Positions 62,901-64,000 of a DNA stretch of 64,000 nt are shown piece by piece. Positions within the stretch are counted from its first letter, which is position 1. The number at the start of each line of letters is the position of its first letter. The translations under genes and the position numbers were made by a program. Source of the stretch: Balanoglossus misakiensis. Its lineage: Eukaryota; Animalia; Hemichordata. The notes under the pieces were generated by a model that saw only the letters and a program-made list of their open reading frames with translations, searched no databases and had not been told where the DNA came from. The stretch covers positions 1,772,760 through 1,836,759 of the forward strand of contig CM082576.2 in assembly GCA_040954595.2 (NCBI GenBank), given 5' to 3'.

Positions 62901-64000
62901 CTCTCGAGTCTCAATCAATTTTGCAGTCAGTTGAGGAGTATCTTAAATAAAACAAAAAATCCACACATTTTCATATTAAAAACGATTCACCAGTGCAAGA
63001 ACATAAATTCTGATAGATGTGGCACTATATCTTATGTTCATCCCACAAGCATGATCATATAACTTTATTGTTTCATGTAAACACTGCATCTACCTTTTTA
63101 AAGTTTATTTAAGTGATCATATATCCAAGACATATAATTTTATACTAGTATAATGTTTCAGTTCAGGTCTACTATACAGATAAGATGGCTACATAATCTG
63201 TGTAGACTTCTATCAAGCAGACATATTTGGCCACAGGACACACTGCATCACTGACAGCCATATTGGCTTTGCAGGACTATTTCCTTTGTTCTTTTTGTAT
63301 ATTACATAGACATATTACTCTCTTACCTGACACCATAGATAAGACATCACCACAAGTAGCTGAAAGCTTGACTTCATGCGTTCTGAATTTATGACCAGTT
63401 CCGTATCTCGGATGTAGTACAATGTTAGCAGATGCATTGGCTCTACCCTTGTACAACTGACATGGTGAATCAATGAATGCCAGAATCTTCTCATCTTCCA
63501 ACATAAGTTGTAGGAATAATCTCCTTGTGAATCCTGAGATGGCAGATCCAGAAGCACTGGTCTGGGAGCTTTTACTTCGGATCACATCACACAAGACACT
63601 TGCAGCAAGCTGTTGATTCCTTGGATGTGCAGAGATCACTTTGCTGAAGAACTTGACCGTTGCTGTTTCTATTGAGGCTCTGTACTGAGTGCTCAGGACC
63701 TGAGATTTCTTTGGACTTGCAAAGACTAGGGGCTGCAGAGTGTTATTGTTCGTATTGCAAAGCAAGGTCAACAAAGCCGGCCAGAAGATGTTTCCTTCAA
63801 CACCACCCATCCACTCTTTCATCACATCTTCATAAGCAACTCCAGCAAAGAAATTCAAGACTGGGGCAATAAGATCGGCTGTTATGCACAGATATCCACC
63901 ATCAGACTCAGTCACTGAGGAAGTTCTACTTCTGCCTCTTGCTGACCTTGGCGAGGTCAACGCACTCTTTGTACTATCTGCCACAGAATCATTCACCAAA
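56969..64000 (-). CDS. BIRC6: 3' portion of BIRC6/BRUCE/Apollon (C-terminal UBC domain). The gene continues beyond the window
   Basis: [97 protein letters not shown], then an acidic tail and TAG at 56969-56971. Confidence 0.96.
58065..58130. mobile_element. Internally deleted, inverted copy of the piggyBac-like MITE family
   Basis: ttaaccctttcaccaccacggtccag ... gggaactggggtgaaatggttaa. Both ends match the 21759-21852 element in reverse orientation. Confidence 0.65.

Noticed and set aside
1-64000. CRISPR arrays, rRNA, tRNA or an autonomous transposase/RT gene
   Set aside because: No spaced direct-repeat array, cloverleaf, rRNA motif, or DDE/RT ORF was recognised.

Overview
Gene-dense, AT-rich eukaryotic (metazoan) genomic DNA with many short spliceosomal introns. 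It is most likely a marine invertebrate deuterostome such as a hemichordate or echinoderm (inference only). Nine intron-containing protein genes can be read, in this order: (1) an unnamed secreted protein of roughly 2,100 aa on the - strand, with signal peptide, furin site, N-terminal EAR/EPTP propeller, about 27 tail-fibre-like repeats and a C-terminal EAR/EPTP propeller; (2) RPS6KC1 (-); (3) ARL2 (+); (4) an LRRC74-like LRR/EF-hand gene (-); (5) AREL1 (-); (6) FCF1 (+); (7) TBCB (-); (8) LRR1 (+); (9) the 3' part of BIRC6 (-, runs off the window). Three pairs are head-to-head. Introns and intergenic DNA carry several MITEs with readable TIRs and TSDs, plus a long (CATA)n microsatellite. The most unusual items are the double-propeller fibre protein, an AREL1 N-terminal extension with two SAM-like units, alternative last exons that change an EF-hand ligand in LRRC74, a U12-type intron in ARL2, five GC-AG introns, and a gene order echoing the human 14q24/11q13/19q13/2p22/1q32 paralogon. 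Exon models were assembled by eye. No database searches were run.
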